Source of the DNA: Candidatus Sericytochromatia bacterium
Lineage (GTDB): Bacteria; Cyanobacteriota; Sericytochromatia; S15B-MN24; UBA4093
Assembly: GCA_036676985.1 (NCBI GenBank)
Contig: JAKFBU010000041.1
Coordinates: 32,001-96,000 of the forward strand
Direction: 5' to 3'
Length of the DNA stretch: 64,000 nucleotides
A program made the position numbers and the translations under genes. Within the stretch, counting starts at the first letter, position 1, and every line of letters starts with the position of its first letter. The notes under the pieces are model-generated. The model ran no database searches and was not told the DNA's origin. It was given only the letters and a program-made list of their open reading frames with translations. Below, one piece after another: positions 46,021-55,616 of this stretch.

Positions 46021-46191
46021 GGGTCCTCCTCCGGCAGGGGCAGGGCATGGCGCCTGGATGCCGGGCGCTCCGTCTAGTCTCCTCCGGGCGGCTCCGGGCG
46101 TCTGTGACGAACCTAACGAGGGACGGGTTAGCCACGCTTGCCTCGGGGCATGATGGGGGTCGCAGTCGCCGTTTGCCCGAGGAGGATGCCC

Positions 46192-47058
46192 GTGGACGCT
46201 CCCACCGAACTGCTGGCCGCGAGCAGCATCACCAGCCGCATGATCACCCGGGTCCAGGGGGCCAAGGCCTCGTGCCTCGTCGACATGATCTCGGTCGAGG
46301 AGCCGCTCGAGATCCGGGTGGTCGGGACGCACGAGGGACAGCCCTTCGCCAAGAGCCTTTCCATCACCATGCGCACGCCCGGGCATGACGTGGAGCTTGC
46401 GGCCGGGTTCCTGTTCGGCGAGGGCCTCCTCACGGATCGCTCTCAGATCCAGCGGATTGCAAGCTGCGGGACGGTTGCCGGCGAGCCGGAGCTGCAAAAC
46501 GTCGTCAAGGTCGAGCTGCACCCAGGCGTCGAGCTCGACCACAAGCGCCTGGACCGCCATTTCTACACCACCTCGAGCTGTGGGGTCTGCGGCAAGTCCT
46601 CGCTCGAGGCGCTGTCGGTCGCCAAGTGTGCCCTGCTTCCGGACACACCGCCCATCGAGGTGACGCTCATCCACAAGCTGCCGGCGATCGCGCGCTCCGC
46701 CCAGGCGGTCTTCGAGCAGACGGGCGGCCTGCACGCGTCGGCGCTCATCGACCACGCGGGGACGCTGATCGACCTCAAGGAGGACGTGGGGCGTCACAAC
46801 GCCCTGGACAAGCTCATCGGCACCCGCTTCCTGAAGGGCGAGGTGCCGCTCACCGACAACCTCCTGTTCCTGAGCGGCCGCATCAGCTTCGAGCTGGTGC
46901 AGAAGGCGCTCATGGCGGGAATTCCCATCGTGGCGGCCGTCGGCGCCCCGTCGAGCCTCGCCATCGAGCTCGCCGAGCAGTTCAACATGACGCTCATCGG
47001 CTTCGTGCGGGGCGGCCGCTGCAACGTCTATTCGGGGACGGAGCGCCTTCGGCTCTAG
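46192..47058 (+). CDS. fdhD: Formate dehydrogenase accessory sulfurtransferase
   Basis: VEEPLEI, MRTPGHD.ELAAGFL, SSCGVCGK, TGGLHA, EDVGRHNALDK, SGRISFEL. Confidence 0.96.
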   Translation: MDAPTELLAASSITSRMITRVQGAKASCLVDMISVEEPLEIRVVGTHEGQPFAKSLSITMRTPGHDVELAAGFLFGEGLLTDRSQIQRIASCGTVAGEPELQNVVKVELHPGVELDHKRLDRHFYTTSSCGVCGKSSLEALSVAKCALLPDTPPIEVTLIHKLPAIARSAQAVFEQTGGLHASALIDHAGTLIDLKEDVGRHNALDKLIGTRFLKGEVPLTDNLLFLSGRISFELVQKALMAGIPIVAAVGAPSSLAIELAEQFNMTLIGFVRGGRCNVYSGTERLRL

Positions 47059-47143
47059 ACCCCGAACCGGCCCTGCATCCCCGCTCCGCCCGCGGCCAGG
47101 CCCATGCTAAGCTAGGCGATCCTTAGCTGCTGGAGGGCGATCC

Positions 47144-49453
47144 ATGAACGATGCATCGGGCCCCGAGGACGAGGTCCAGGTCCATTACCCCGACAACCTG
47201 TCGAACCTGCACCGCTCGGAGCCCAAGACGGTGGCGGGCGGAGTGCCGGCCGTCGTCTCTACCCTGCGACACGCGCTCGACGAGATGGGGCCCGTCCGGG
47301 GCGCCAAGGCGCTCACGAGCCTCAACCAGAAGGGCGGCATCGACTGCTCGAGCTGCGCCTGGCCGGACCCCGACCACGAGCGCTCCATGGCCGAGTTCTG
47401 CGAGAACGGGGCCAAGGCGATCGCCGCCGAGGGCACCACGCGCCGGGTGGATGCCGCCTTCTTCCGCGAGTGGAGCCTGAGCAAACTCTCCAAGCTCGAC
47501 GAGTACTGGCTCGGCAAGCAGGGCCGGATCACAGAACCCGTCATCAAGCGCCGGGGCAGCGACCACTACGAGCCCATCGGCTGGGACGAGGCCTTCGCGC
47601 TCATCGCGGCCGAGCTGCGCGCCCTGTCGTCCCCCGACGAGGCGCTCTTCTACACCTCGGGCCGAGCGAGCAACGAGGCGGCCTTCCTCTACCAGCTCGT
47701 CGTCCGGCTCTTCGGGACCAACAACCTGCCCGACTGCGCGGATCTCTGCCACGAGTCGAGCGGAGTGGCCCTCAAGGAGACGCTCGGCATCGGCAAGGGC
47801 ACCGTGACGCTCGAGGACTTCGCGCATGCGGACGCCATCCTCCTCCTGGGTCAGAACCCGGGCACCAACCATCCGCGCATGCTCACCACCCTGCAGGCGG
47901 CCGCGCGGCGCGGGTGCCGCATCGTCTCGATCAATCCCCTGCCCGAGGCGGGCCTCATGGCCTTCAAGCACCCGCAGGAGGTCCAGGGCATCCTCGGCAA
48001 GGGCACGCCGCTCGCCACCCTGCACCTGCCCGTGCGCATCAACGGGGACCTCGCCTTCCTCAAGGGCCTCATGAAAGAGCTGCTGGAGGCCGAGGCATCC
48101 ACCCCCGGCTCGGTCCTGGACCGGGACTTCATCGCCGCGCACACGACGGGCTACGAGGCCTTTGCCGCGGAGCTTGCGACCGTGTCCTGGGACGACGTCC
48201 TCGCAGGCTCGGGCCTGGATCGGGACCAGATCCGCCAGGCGGCCCGCATCGTCCGCGAGTCCCGGAACGTCATCTGCTGCTGGGCCATGGGCCTCACGCA
48301 GCACAAGAACGCGGTCATGACCATCCGGGAGGTCGTCAACCTCCTCCTTCTGGGCGGCAACGTCGGCCGCCGGGGCGCCGGAGTCTGCCCCGTGCGCGGG
48401 CATTCGAACGTGCAGGGCGATCGTACCATGGGCATCACCGAGCGTCCGGAGGCCGACTTCCTGGAGCGGCTGGGCCGGGAGTTCGGCTTCACGCCACCCA
48501 CCGAGCCGGGGCTCGATACGGTCCATGCGATCCGGGCCATGGCCGAGGGCCAGGCCAAGGTCCTCGTGGCGCTGGGAGGCAACTTCCTGTCGGCCACGCC
48601 GGACACGGAGTTCACGGCCCGGGCCTTGCAGAAGTGCCGGCTCACGGTCCAGATCTCCACCAAGCTGAACCGCTCGCACGTGATCACGGGCGAGCAGGCC
48701 CTCATCCTGCCGTGCCTCGGCCGCACGGACCGGGACGTGCAGGCCTCGGGCCCTCAGTTCGTGACCACCGAGAACTCCATGGGCGTGGTCTCGGCCTCCC
48801 ACGGCAAGCTGCGGCCCCTCTCCGAGGCCATGCTGAGCGAGCCCGCCATCGTAGCGCGGCTGGGCAAGGCGCTCGTGGGCTCGCGTCAGGGCCTCGACTG
48901 GGACGCCCTGGCGGCGGACTACGACCGCATCCGGGACCACATCGAGCGGGTGGTGAAGGGCTTTGCGGACTACAACGCGCGGGTGCGCCAGGACGAGCCC
49001 TTTTACCTGCCCAACGGTCCCCGGGACTCCCGGACGTTCGCCACGGCGACGGGCAAGGCGCAGTTCACGGTCAATCGGCTCTCCCCGCTGGAGGTGGGTC
49101 CGGACGAGTTCGTGATGATGACCATTCGGTCGCATGATCAGTTCAACACGACCATCTACGGCAAGGACGACCGGTACCGGGGCATCCATGACGAGCGGCG
49201 GGTGGTGTTCATGAACCCGGAGGACCTGTCTGAGTTCGGTCTCAGGGACGGCCAGGTCGTGGACCTCAAGAGCCATTACGACGGCGTCGAGCGGATGGCG
49301 CCCCGGTTCGTGGTGGTGGCCTACTCGATTCCGCGGCGGTGCGTGGCGACGTACTTCCCGGAGACCAACGCCCTGATCCCGGTCACGGAATACGCGGACC
49401 GGAGCCACACGCCGATCTCCAAGTCGGTGATCGTGACGGTGCATCCGGCTTAG
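47144..49453 (+). CDS. FdhF/YdeP-family molybdopterin oxidoreductase
   Basis: DCSSCAWPD, EFCENGAKA, YTSGRASNE, NNLPDC..LCHE, VRGHSNVQG, TIRSHDQFNTTIYG. Confidence 0.95.
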   Translation: MNDASGPEDEVQVHYPDNLSNLHRSEPKTVAGGVPAVVSTLRHALDEMGPVRGAKALTSLNQKGGIDCSSCAWPDPDHERSMAEFCENGAKAIAAEGTTRRVDAAFFREWSLSKLSKLDEYWLGKQGRITEPVIKRRGSDHYEPIGWDEAFALIAAELRALSSPDEALFYTSGRASNEAAFLYQLVVRLFGTNNLPDCADLCHESSGVALKETLGIGKGTVTLEDFAHADAILLLGQNPGTNHPRMLTTLQAAARRGCRIVSINPLPEAGLMAFKHPQEVQGILGKGTPLATLHLPVRINGDLAFLKGLMKELLEAEASTPGSVLDRDFIAAHTTGYEAFAAELATVSWDDVLAGSGLDRDQIRQAARIVRESRNVICCWAMGLTQHKNAVMTIREVVNLLLLGGNVGRRGAGVCPVRGHSNVQGDRTMGITERPEADFLERLGREFGFTPPTEPGLDTVHAIRAMAEGQAKVLVALGGNFLSATPDTEFTARALQKCRLTVQISTKLNRSHVITGEQALILPCLGRTDRDVQASGPQFVTTENSMGVVSASHGKLRPLSEAMLSEPAIVARLGKALVGSRQGLDWDALAADYDRIRDHIERVVKGFADYNARVRQDEPFYLPNGPRDSRTFATATGKAQFTVNRLSPLEVGPDEFVMMTIRSHDQFNTTIYGKDDRYRGIHDERRVVFMNPEDLSEFGLRDGQVVDLKSHYDGVERMAPRFVVVAYSIPRRCVATYFPETNALIPVTEYADRSHTPISKSVIVTVHPA

Positions 49454-49495
49454 CGTGCCTAACTTCAAGCCCTAGGATTCGTCATGCACTGGTGG

Positions 49496-49635
49496 AACCG
49501 TTCGTTCCTTCGAGCGCCTCAGGACGAACGGTTTTATTGCTGGCGGCTTGAGTGGACTTCTCATGTGCTCAAAAGCCATCCCTTGAGACCCACAACCATC
49601 CCGTTCACCCTGAGGCGCTCGAAGGGCGAACGGTT
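49496..49635. repeat. Inverted pair of REP-like elements (CCGTTC.CCCTGAGGCGCTCGAAGG)
   Basis: 49507-49533 is a near reverse complement of 49601-49625; same family as 15734-15794. Confidence 0.75.
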
Positions 49636-49638
49636 CCT

Positions 49639-50262
49639 CTACGAGCCGGCAGGCTCGACGACCTTCTGGATGATCTTGAGCTGCAGGTCCGCGAAGGCCT
49701 CCAGCTCCTCCTCGGGCAGCGCCCCCTTGCCGATCAGGAGCGACTTGGTCAGAACGTCGCTGATGGTGAAGAGCAGATCCGCCAGGAGCGGCAGGGACAT
49801 GTCGGAGCGCATGATGCCGCTCTCCTGGCCCAGCCGGATGACCTCCATCGCGATCTCGTTCTCCTTGTCCAGGTACTCCCGGAAGGGATTGTGCTCGCCG
49901 GGCTTCTGGGCCTGCAGGTAGAGATCCTGGAAGAGGCGGGAGGTCACGGGATCCGTGCTGATCATGACGGCCCGCTGGTACATGGCCATGCGCATGTCCT
50001 GCCAGTAGTCGCCTGTCAGCTCCGGGGCCTTCTGGCTCATGACCAGGGCCTGGGCCGCGGTGATCTCCTGCAGGATGGCGAGGTAGAGGTCCGTCTTGTC
50101 CTCGAAGTAGTAGTAGAGCACGCCCTTGCTGATGCCGGCCTGCTCGATGATGGCGTTGAGCGAGGCCTGCTCGTAGCCGTGCTCGGCGAACACGGCGCGG
50201 GCCGCCTCCACTATGCGGGCGCGGACGGCCGGGTCTAGCTTCGATAGTCGCTGGCGAGGCAT
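49639..50262 (-). CDS. TetR/AcrR family regulator
   Basis: F...GY..ASLNAIIEQAGISKGVLYYYFEDK. Confidence 0.95.
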   Translation of the reverse strand: MPRQRLSKLDPAVRARIVEAARAVFAEHGYEQASLNAIIEQAGISKGVLYYYFEDKTDLYLAILQEITAAQALVMSQKAPELTGDYWQDMRMAMYQRAVMISTDPVTSRLFQDLYLQAQKPGEHNPFREYLDKENEIAMEVIRLGQESGIMRSDMSLPLLADLLFTISDVLTKSLLIGKGALPEEELEAFADLQLKIIQKVVEPAGS

Positions 50263-50289
50263 AAAGGTCCTTCCTTCGAGTTGCTGCGG

Positions 50290-50907
50290 CTAGACGGCCG
50301 AGTCGATTCGCCGGAGGACGTCGACGCACAGGTCGGCGAACCGGTCGATATCCGCGTCCGTGACCTCGGGCAGGTCCCAGAGCAGGTGCTGGCGGAGCAC
50401 GTCGGTGACGGGGAAGGTCACGTCCAGCAGAAAGTCGGGCGGCAGCTGGTTGTGGACCTTGCCGGAGGCGACTCCCGCCTCGATGACCTTCTTGCCGAGC
50501 TCCCGCTCCTGCTCGTACACCGTTCGGAAGGGGTTGGGCCCCGGCTTCTGCGCCTGGCGGTAGAAGTCCTGCAGCAGGCGCAGGCGCTCGCGATCTTCCA
50601 GCTGCTGCTTGACCCTTTCCTTCGCCACGAAGCGGATGTCCTCCCAGACGTCCCCCGACGGGCCGCGCTCCAGGAGCAACTGGTAGACCTTGGGCATCTT
50701 CTGCCGGACCTCTTGGACGGCCGCGAGGTAGAGGTCCGTCTTGTCGTTGAAGTAGTAGTAGAGGACGCCCTTGCTGATGCCGGCCTGCTCGATGATGGCG
50801 TTGAGCGAGGCCTCGTCGTACCCGCGCGCGCTGAACTCCTGGCACGCAGCGCTCAAGATGCGATCGCGCACCGCGGGGTCCAACTTGGCTAGTCGCTGAC
50901 GTGGCAT
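50290..50907 (-). CDS. TetR/AcrR family regulator (tandem paralog)
   Basis: Same HTH sequence ASLNAIIEQAGISKGVLYYYF. Confidence 0.95.
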   Translation of the reverse strand: MPRQRLAKLDPAVRDRILSAACQEFSARGYDEASLNAIIEQAGISKGVLYYYFNDKTDLYLAAVQEVRQKMPKVYQLLLERGPSGDVWEDIRFVAKERVKQQLEDRERLRLLQDFYRQAQKPGPNPFRTVYEQERELGKKVIEAGVASGKVHNQLPPDFLLDVTFPVTDVLRQHLLWDLPEVTDADIDRFADLCVDVLRRIDSAV

Positions 50908-50995
50908 GGGCTCCTCCAGACGTTATCGTACACTGCGCGCCCTACAAGCGCTAAGAATCGAGGCGAGGCCGGACGAGGACCGGCTCGAAAAGCCC

Positions 50996-51024
50996 GTAGG
51001 GCGGACGCCCGGTGGGCGTCCGCC
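50996..51024. repeat. GTAG-type REP element
   Basis: GTAG followed by the hairpin GGCGGACGCCC-GGT-GGGCGTCCGCC. Confidence 0.6.
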
Positions 51025-51123
51025 TGATGGTCGATGCGGAGCGATGGGCGATCGCTCGTTGTCCCGGTCCTCACCCCATGGGGGCACTCCTCACGACCGT
51101 CCCGGCACCGGCCGGGCGGCCCG

Positions 51124-52512
51124 CTACTGGATCTTGCGGATCACGTTGTTGTAGATGTCGGCCACGTAGATCACGCCGTTGGGGTCGACGGCCACGGCCC
51201 CCGGGCTGCCGAAGCGGGCCGCCCCGCCCGTCGCATTGACCAGGCCGCTGCTGGAGCTGCCGGCGATCGTGATCACCTCGCCCGAGCGTGAGATCTTGCG
51301 GACCCGCGTGTTGCTGAAGTCCGCCACGTACACGCTGCCGGCGCTGTCGACCGCGAGGCCCTTGGGGTAGCTGAACTTGGCCGCGGCTCCGATGCCGTCG
51401 GCGAAGCCCTGCGTGCCGCCCGCCAGGGTCGAGACGACGCCCGTCTTGGAGACCTTCACGATGCGGTGATTGTTGGTGTCCGAGATGAAGACGTTACCGG
51501 CCGAATCGACCGCGACGCCTTCCGGGTTGCTCAGGCCGGCCGAGGCCGAGCTGCCCGCGAAGGGGAGCTCCTCGCCCGTGGGCGAGACCTTGACCACCCG
51601 GTTGCCCGTCCCGTGGGCCACGTACACGTTACCCTGGCGGTCGGTCGCCATGGCCCGGGAGCCGCCGACGCTCACCGTGCCGAGGCGCGTCTTGCTGCCA
51701 CCGGACGACATGGTGGTGTAGACGATGCGGCCGTAGGTGAAGTCGACGTAGTAGAGGCGGTTGCGGCTCGGATCGAGCGCGGTGGTCGACAGGTAGATGT
51801 TGCTCGAGTCGACGGAGCCCGAGGCGATGAGGCTGCTCACGCCCCCCGGGGTGATCTTGCGGACGCAGCCGTTGCTAGCATCCGCGACGTAGACGTTTCC
51901 CACCGAATCCAGGGACACGGAGCTCGGGGACTTGAAGAGGGCCGACACCCCCGTCCCCTCCTGGTAACCGCCGGCCATGGCCCCCGCGAAGGTCGAGACC
52001 GCGGCGGTGTTGTTGGAGGTGATGCCGTTGGTGACCGACAAGCTGGTCTGCGACGTGGCAGGCGGCACGGCCGGGTGGTTGAGCTCCGGGTTCAGCTGGA
52101 TGGCGAGGCTCGTGGTCGCCGTCTGGCCGTCCACCAGGGTGACGCCCGTGGACTTCTCACCGAGGATCAAGCCCTCCTCGTCGTAGACGATGCCCTTGAG
52201 GGTGGCGCTGCCCGCCGTGAGGTTGGTGAAGGTGATGCTCGCCGAAGCGTCGATCAGCTGAGCCTTGGTCAGGGACTGGGTCGCCTCGCTCGAGGAGGTG
52301 ACGAGGCTGAGGTCGATGTGGTCGATGTCGTCGACCGTCGCCTGGGTCTGGCGCAGGCTCACGAGATCGCCGCCCAGGAGGACCTTGAGGCTGGCCTTCT
52401 GCGAGACGCCCAGGTGGCCGCCGGCCGTGAGGGGCAGGTTGTCGCAGGCGGTGACCGAGGCGACGCCGCAGCAGAGGGAAAGCGCGAGCAAGCCGGTGGT
52501 GATGTGACGCAT
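51124..52512 (-). CDS. NHL-repeat beta-propeller lipoprotein
   Basis: Lipobox VTAC; RQTQAT; repeated F..P.GVAVD..G.VYVAD..N..IRKI. Confidence 0.9.
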   Translation of the reverse strand: MRHITTGLLALSLCCGVASVTACDNLPLTAGGHLGVSQKASLKVLLGGDLVSLRQTQATVDDIDHIDLSLVTSSSEATQSLTKAQLIDASASITFTNLTAGSATLKGIVYDEEGLILGEKSTGVTLVDGQTATTSLAIQLNPELNHPAVPPATSQTSLSVTNGITSNNTAAVSTFAGAMAGGYQEGTGVSALFKSPSSVSLDSVGNVYVADASNGCVRKITPGGVSSLIASGSVDSSNIYLSTTALDPSRNRLYYVDFTYGRIVYTTMSSGGSKTRLGTVSVGGSRAMATDRQGNVYVAHGTGNRVVKVSPTGEELPFAGSSASAGLSNPEGVAVDSAGNVFISDTNNHRIVKVSKTGVVSTLAGGTQGFADGIGAAAKFSYPKGLAVDSAGSVYVADFSNTRVRKISRSGEVITIAGSSSSGLVNATGGAARFGSPGAVAVDPNGVIYVADIYNNVIRKIQ

Positions 52513-52653
52513 GGTGCCTTCCTTTCGACATTCAAGAGACAGGTCGGTGTCGACGTCCGGGGCTCTGCTACCTATCGGCCGGATAGGGAGTCTGCCGTTC
52601 AGAGGTTCGACTGAAGATTGGACTGTTGATTGGACCAGGAATCAAACCGTTAT

Positions 52654-52670
52654 TTAGACCACTGGTCTAA
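52654..52670. promoter_or_regulatory. Palindromic operator-like site TTAGACC-ACT-GGTCTAA
   Basis: Perfect 7-3-7 inverted repeat in an AT-richer divergent intergenic region. Confidence 0.5.
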
Positions 52671-52860
52671 CTGTGTGTAACATACCCCACGAGCCGTTTG
52701 GCATGCAAGGGGGGGGTCGTGTGAGAATCCTCACACCGGGGGCGTGCGCCACGCACGATCGGGCGGGCGCCGCTCTCCCTCAGGGGGGCGACATCGGCTC
52801 CTTGTCGGTTGTAGCGGCTTGGATCCGGCGCTAGACTCGCCCGCGGGGACAGGAGGGCGC

Positions 52861-53613
52861 ATGGGCACGGGCGGGTGGTCGGCCTTGAACGCCATGGCAT
52901 GGGGCGGCGTCGCGGGGGTCGCCCTGCTCGTCGGCGGGCTCATGGGCCTGTACGAGCGCTTCTCGAACCGGACGATCTCCTTGATCCTGGCGCTCGGCGG
53001 CGGCATCCTCATCGCCATGGTCGCCCTCGACCTCATGGAGACCTCGTTCGCCCAGGGCGGCTTCTGGGCCTCCGGCCTGGGCGTCCTGGCCGGAGCCTTC
53101 ACCTTCTTCCTGGCGGATTCGGCGCTCGAACGGTACGGGGCCAAGCGACGCAAGCAAGCCGAAGGGCAGCCCTCCTCGGAGGAGTCGGGCTACGCCATCT
53201 TCGTCGGCTCCATGCTCGACAGCATCCCGGAAGCCGTCGCCATCGGCGTCAGCCTGCTCAAGGGCGGCAGCATCGGCTGGGTGCTGGTGGCGGGCGTCTT
53301 CCTGTCCAACATCCCGGAGGGCCTTTCCGCCACCGCGGGCATGGTCAAGGCCGGCCGGTCAAAGCGCTATGTACTCGTCCTATGGGCCGCCGCGGCGCTC
53401 GCGACGGCACTGGCGGCCCTCCTGGGGTACGTGCTGTTCGCCCGTCTGCCGGTCGAGCAGGTAGCCCTGACCCAGTCCTTCGCGGCCGGGGCCATCCTGG
53501 CCATGCTCGCAAGCTCCGTCTTTCCCCAGGCGTTCAAGGAAGGCGGTCCGCTGGTCGGCTTGTTGAACGCCATCGGCTTCCTGCTCGCCTTCTTCCTCAG
53601 CAAGCTGGATTGA
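52861..53613 (+). CDS. ZIP/ZupT-family metal transporter
   Basis: AGGAGG RBS; LDSIPE, SNIPEG, FAAGAILAML. Confidence 0.88.
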   Translation: MGTGGWSALNAMAWGGVAGVALLVGGLMGLYERFSNRTISLILALGGGILIAMVALDLMETSFAQGGFWASGLGVLAGAFTFFLADSALERYGAKRRKQAEGQPSSEESGYAIFVGSMLDSIPEAVAIGVSLLKGGSIGWVLVAGVFLSNIPEGLSATAGMVKAGRSKRYVLVLWAAAALATALAALLGYVLFARLPVEQVALTQSFAAGAILAMLASSVFPQAFKEGGPLVGLLNAIGFLLAFFLSKLD

Positions 53614-53619
53614 CGGGTG

Positions 53620-54033
53620 CTAAGAGGCGGACGCCGCCCTGCCCCGGCGCTCACCGTACCAGGTCCCGCCGACCACGGCCGCGGCGATGAGACCCGCCAA
53701 GGGAAGCGCCAGCCAGTTCAACGGGCAGCCCGTGTGCAGGCGTGAGACGTTGTAGGCGAGAAAGAGGAGCAAGCAGGCTCCGAAGGGCCACAGGAAGCCC
53801 CTCTGGAACGCGGAAAAGCCCTCGGGACCGAAGGCCGCGACGCCGCGCCGGGCGATCGCGAGCGCGGCCATGAATTGCCCACCGGCCAGGAGCCCGGTGG
53901 CGGCGTACAGCAACGGCTCGCTGCGTACCTCGACGGCGAGCACCAGGATGACGAGGAAGGTCGCGAGCGAGACGGCCGCGAACACCAGAAAGGCCAGGAC
54001 GCCCCGCACCGAGGCGGGCATGGGTCGTGTCAT
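53620..54033 (-). CDS. Four-TM membrane protein
   Basis: GAAGGAGG RBS; four hydrophobic segments. Confidence 0.7.
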   Translation of the reverse strand: MTRPMPASVRGVLAFLVFAAVSLATFLVILVLAVEVRSEPLLYAATGLLAGGQFMAALAIARRGVAAFGPEGFSAFQRGFLWPFGACLLLFLAYNVSRLHTGCPLNWLALPLAGLIAAAVVGGTWYGERRGRAASAS

Positions 54034-54085
54034 GGCTCACCCTCCTTCGACGGCTCCTCCATGTGACATACCCAGGCCGCGAGGA

Positions 54086-54799
54086 TCAGGGCAGCGCCAA
54101 GGTCACCGTCGAGCTCACCGTCGCTCCGGGGGCGATCGCCCCGCTCAGGACCGCCGTCTTGGTCACGACGGTCTTGCCCTTCTTGGCCGTCACCTGCAGG
54201 GAGGTCGTGCTGACGCCCGCCGGAAAGGCCGGCACCTGGCCCCAGGTGAGCTCGGTGGTCGGCAGCGTCGCCGCCTGGGTGCCGCCGCTCGCGGCACTCA
54301 AGGTGAAGCGACACTCCACGAGGCTGAAGCCCGAGGCCAGGCTCACGTTGGCCCGGATGTTCCAGTCCCCCGACGGGGTGGGCGCGAGCACCAAGGGCGG
54401 CAGGGAGACGGCGACCTCCGCCCCGGGGGTGACGGAGAAGGGGGCGGAGCGCGAGAGGCCGGCCGGCATGAGCGCCGCCGCATCCGCAAAGGCCTCGACG
54501 CTCGCCTCGTACTGTCCAACCGGCAGGTTGAGCGCGCCGAACTGGAGCCGGCCGCCGGGCTGGGACGGCAGGACCTGCACGAACGCCGCCGCAGAGGTGA
54601 CGTCGCGCACCGTGACCCGGAAGCATTGCAGGTCGTTGGCGACGTACTGGGCCTGTCGGGCCGGGGCCCGCATGGTCAGGATGACCCGGCCATGCGAGTC
54701 CACGGTCTCCAGGGGCCGGGCACAGCCTCCGAGCGCGACCAGCGCCAGGAGCAACAAGCTGCTCCCGACCCGCCGTGCCTGGCCCCAGAGACCCGTCAT
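54086..54799 (-). CDS. Beta-rich lipoprotein of unknown function
   Basis: Lipobox LGGC; RQAQYVANDL; NLPVGQY...VEAF. Confidence 0.75.
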   Translation of the reverse strand: MTGLWGQARRVGSSLLLLALVALGGCARPLETVDSHGRVILTMRAPARQAQYVANDLQCFRVTVRDVTSAAAFVQVLPSQPGGRLQFGALNLPVGQYEASVEAFADAAALMPAGLSRSAPFSVTPGAEVAVSLPPLVLAPTPSGDWNIRANVSLASGFSLVECRFTLSAASGGTQAATLPTTELTWGQVPAFPAGVSTTSLQVTAKKGKTVVTKTAVLSGAIAPGATVSSTVTLALP

Positions 54800-54803
54800 G
54801 GGG

Positions 54804-55325
54804 CTACCGGATGACGACCGGGGCGGCCGGGGTGTCGATGATGGTGAGCGCGGCACTCGCGCTGCCGACCGGGGTCGCGAGCAGGCGGAGGGTGGGCATG
54901 GACACGTTGGCGGGCGTCAGGGCCGTCGTCACGCCGAAGGCCTCCGACGTGCTCGTGCCCAGCGGGAGCGTGAAGGCGGTGTCCAGGTAAGCCTCCACCG
55001 AGGCCTGATAGGCATAGGTCGACGTGTCGTTGACCCGCAGGTTGTCGACCGTGAAGCTGAACGCGTTGCCCGTCAGGTGGCTGGCCAGGGAGGCGCCCGA
55101 GAAATCGACGGACGAGACAGTCGAATAGCCCCCGCCATTGACCGAGCCCCGGACGGTCACCCGCACGGCCCGGATGTCCCCGGCCACGTACTGGACCCGC
55201 CGCGCCTCCTCGGAGCCCACGGTCAGGCGGGCACTGCCGTACGTGGCTTCCTGGAGCGACGGCTGGGTGGCGCACGCGGTGGTGAGGAGGACGCTGCCGA
55301 CGAGCGCCGGGATCAGTGCTTTCAT
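54804..55325 (-). CDS. Beta-rich lipoprotein of unknown function (paralog)
   Basis: Lipobox TTAC; RRVQYVAGDI; NL...Y..SVEAY; GAAGGAGAGG RBS. Confidence 0.78.
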   Translation of the reverse strand: MKALIPALVGSVLLTTACATQPSLQEATYGSARLTVGSEEARRVQYVAGDIRAVRVTVRGSVNGGGYSTVSSVDFSGASLASHLTGNAFSFTVDNLRVNDTSTYAYQASVEAYLDTAFTLPLGTSTSEAFGVTTALTPANVSMPTLRLLATPVGSASAALTIIDTPAAPVVIR

Positions 55326-55564
55326 GGGCCTCTCCTTCTAATTACTCGGGAACGACGAGAGTGGAACCGTTGCCTTTTCTTGGGTCGGCTCCCGGGCCCC
55401 GGAGGTTCAGGAAAGACATCGTGAGCAACGTCAGGGTGCGATGAATTAACCACCCTTACCCATAAATAAGGCCCTCACATGGTCCCTATGACCGATCCTT
55501 CATAACGATCGATCGAAGGCTTAATTTGACTCATGCACGAAGTTAATCCCGGCGGAGGCAGTCG

Positions 55565-55598
55565 AAAAAAGCGACCCCGAGCACGCTCGGGGTCGCTT
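55565..55598 (-). terminator. Rho-independent terminator of the efflux operon
   Basis: A6 tract then the hairpin GCGACCCCGAGC/GCTCGGGGTCGC. Confidence 0.8.
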
Positions 55599-55616
55599 GG
55601 TAGGCCTTGAAGCGGC

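Noticed and set aside
47144-49453. Selenocysteine formate dehydrogenase
   Set aside because: No in-frame TGA; the ligand is Cys (LCHE) and the sequence is YdeP-type
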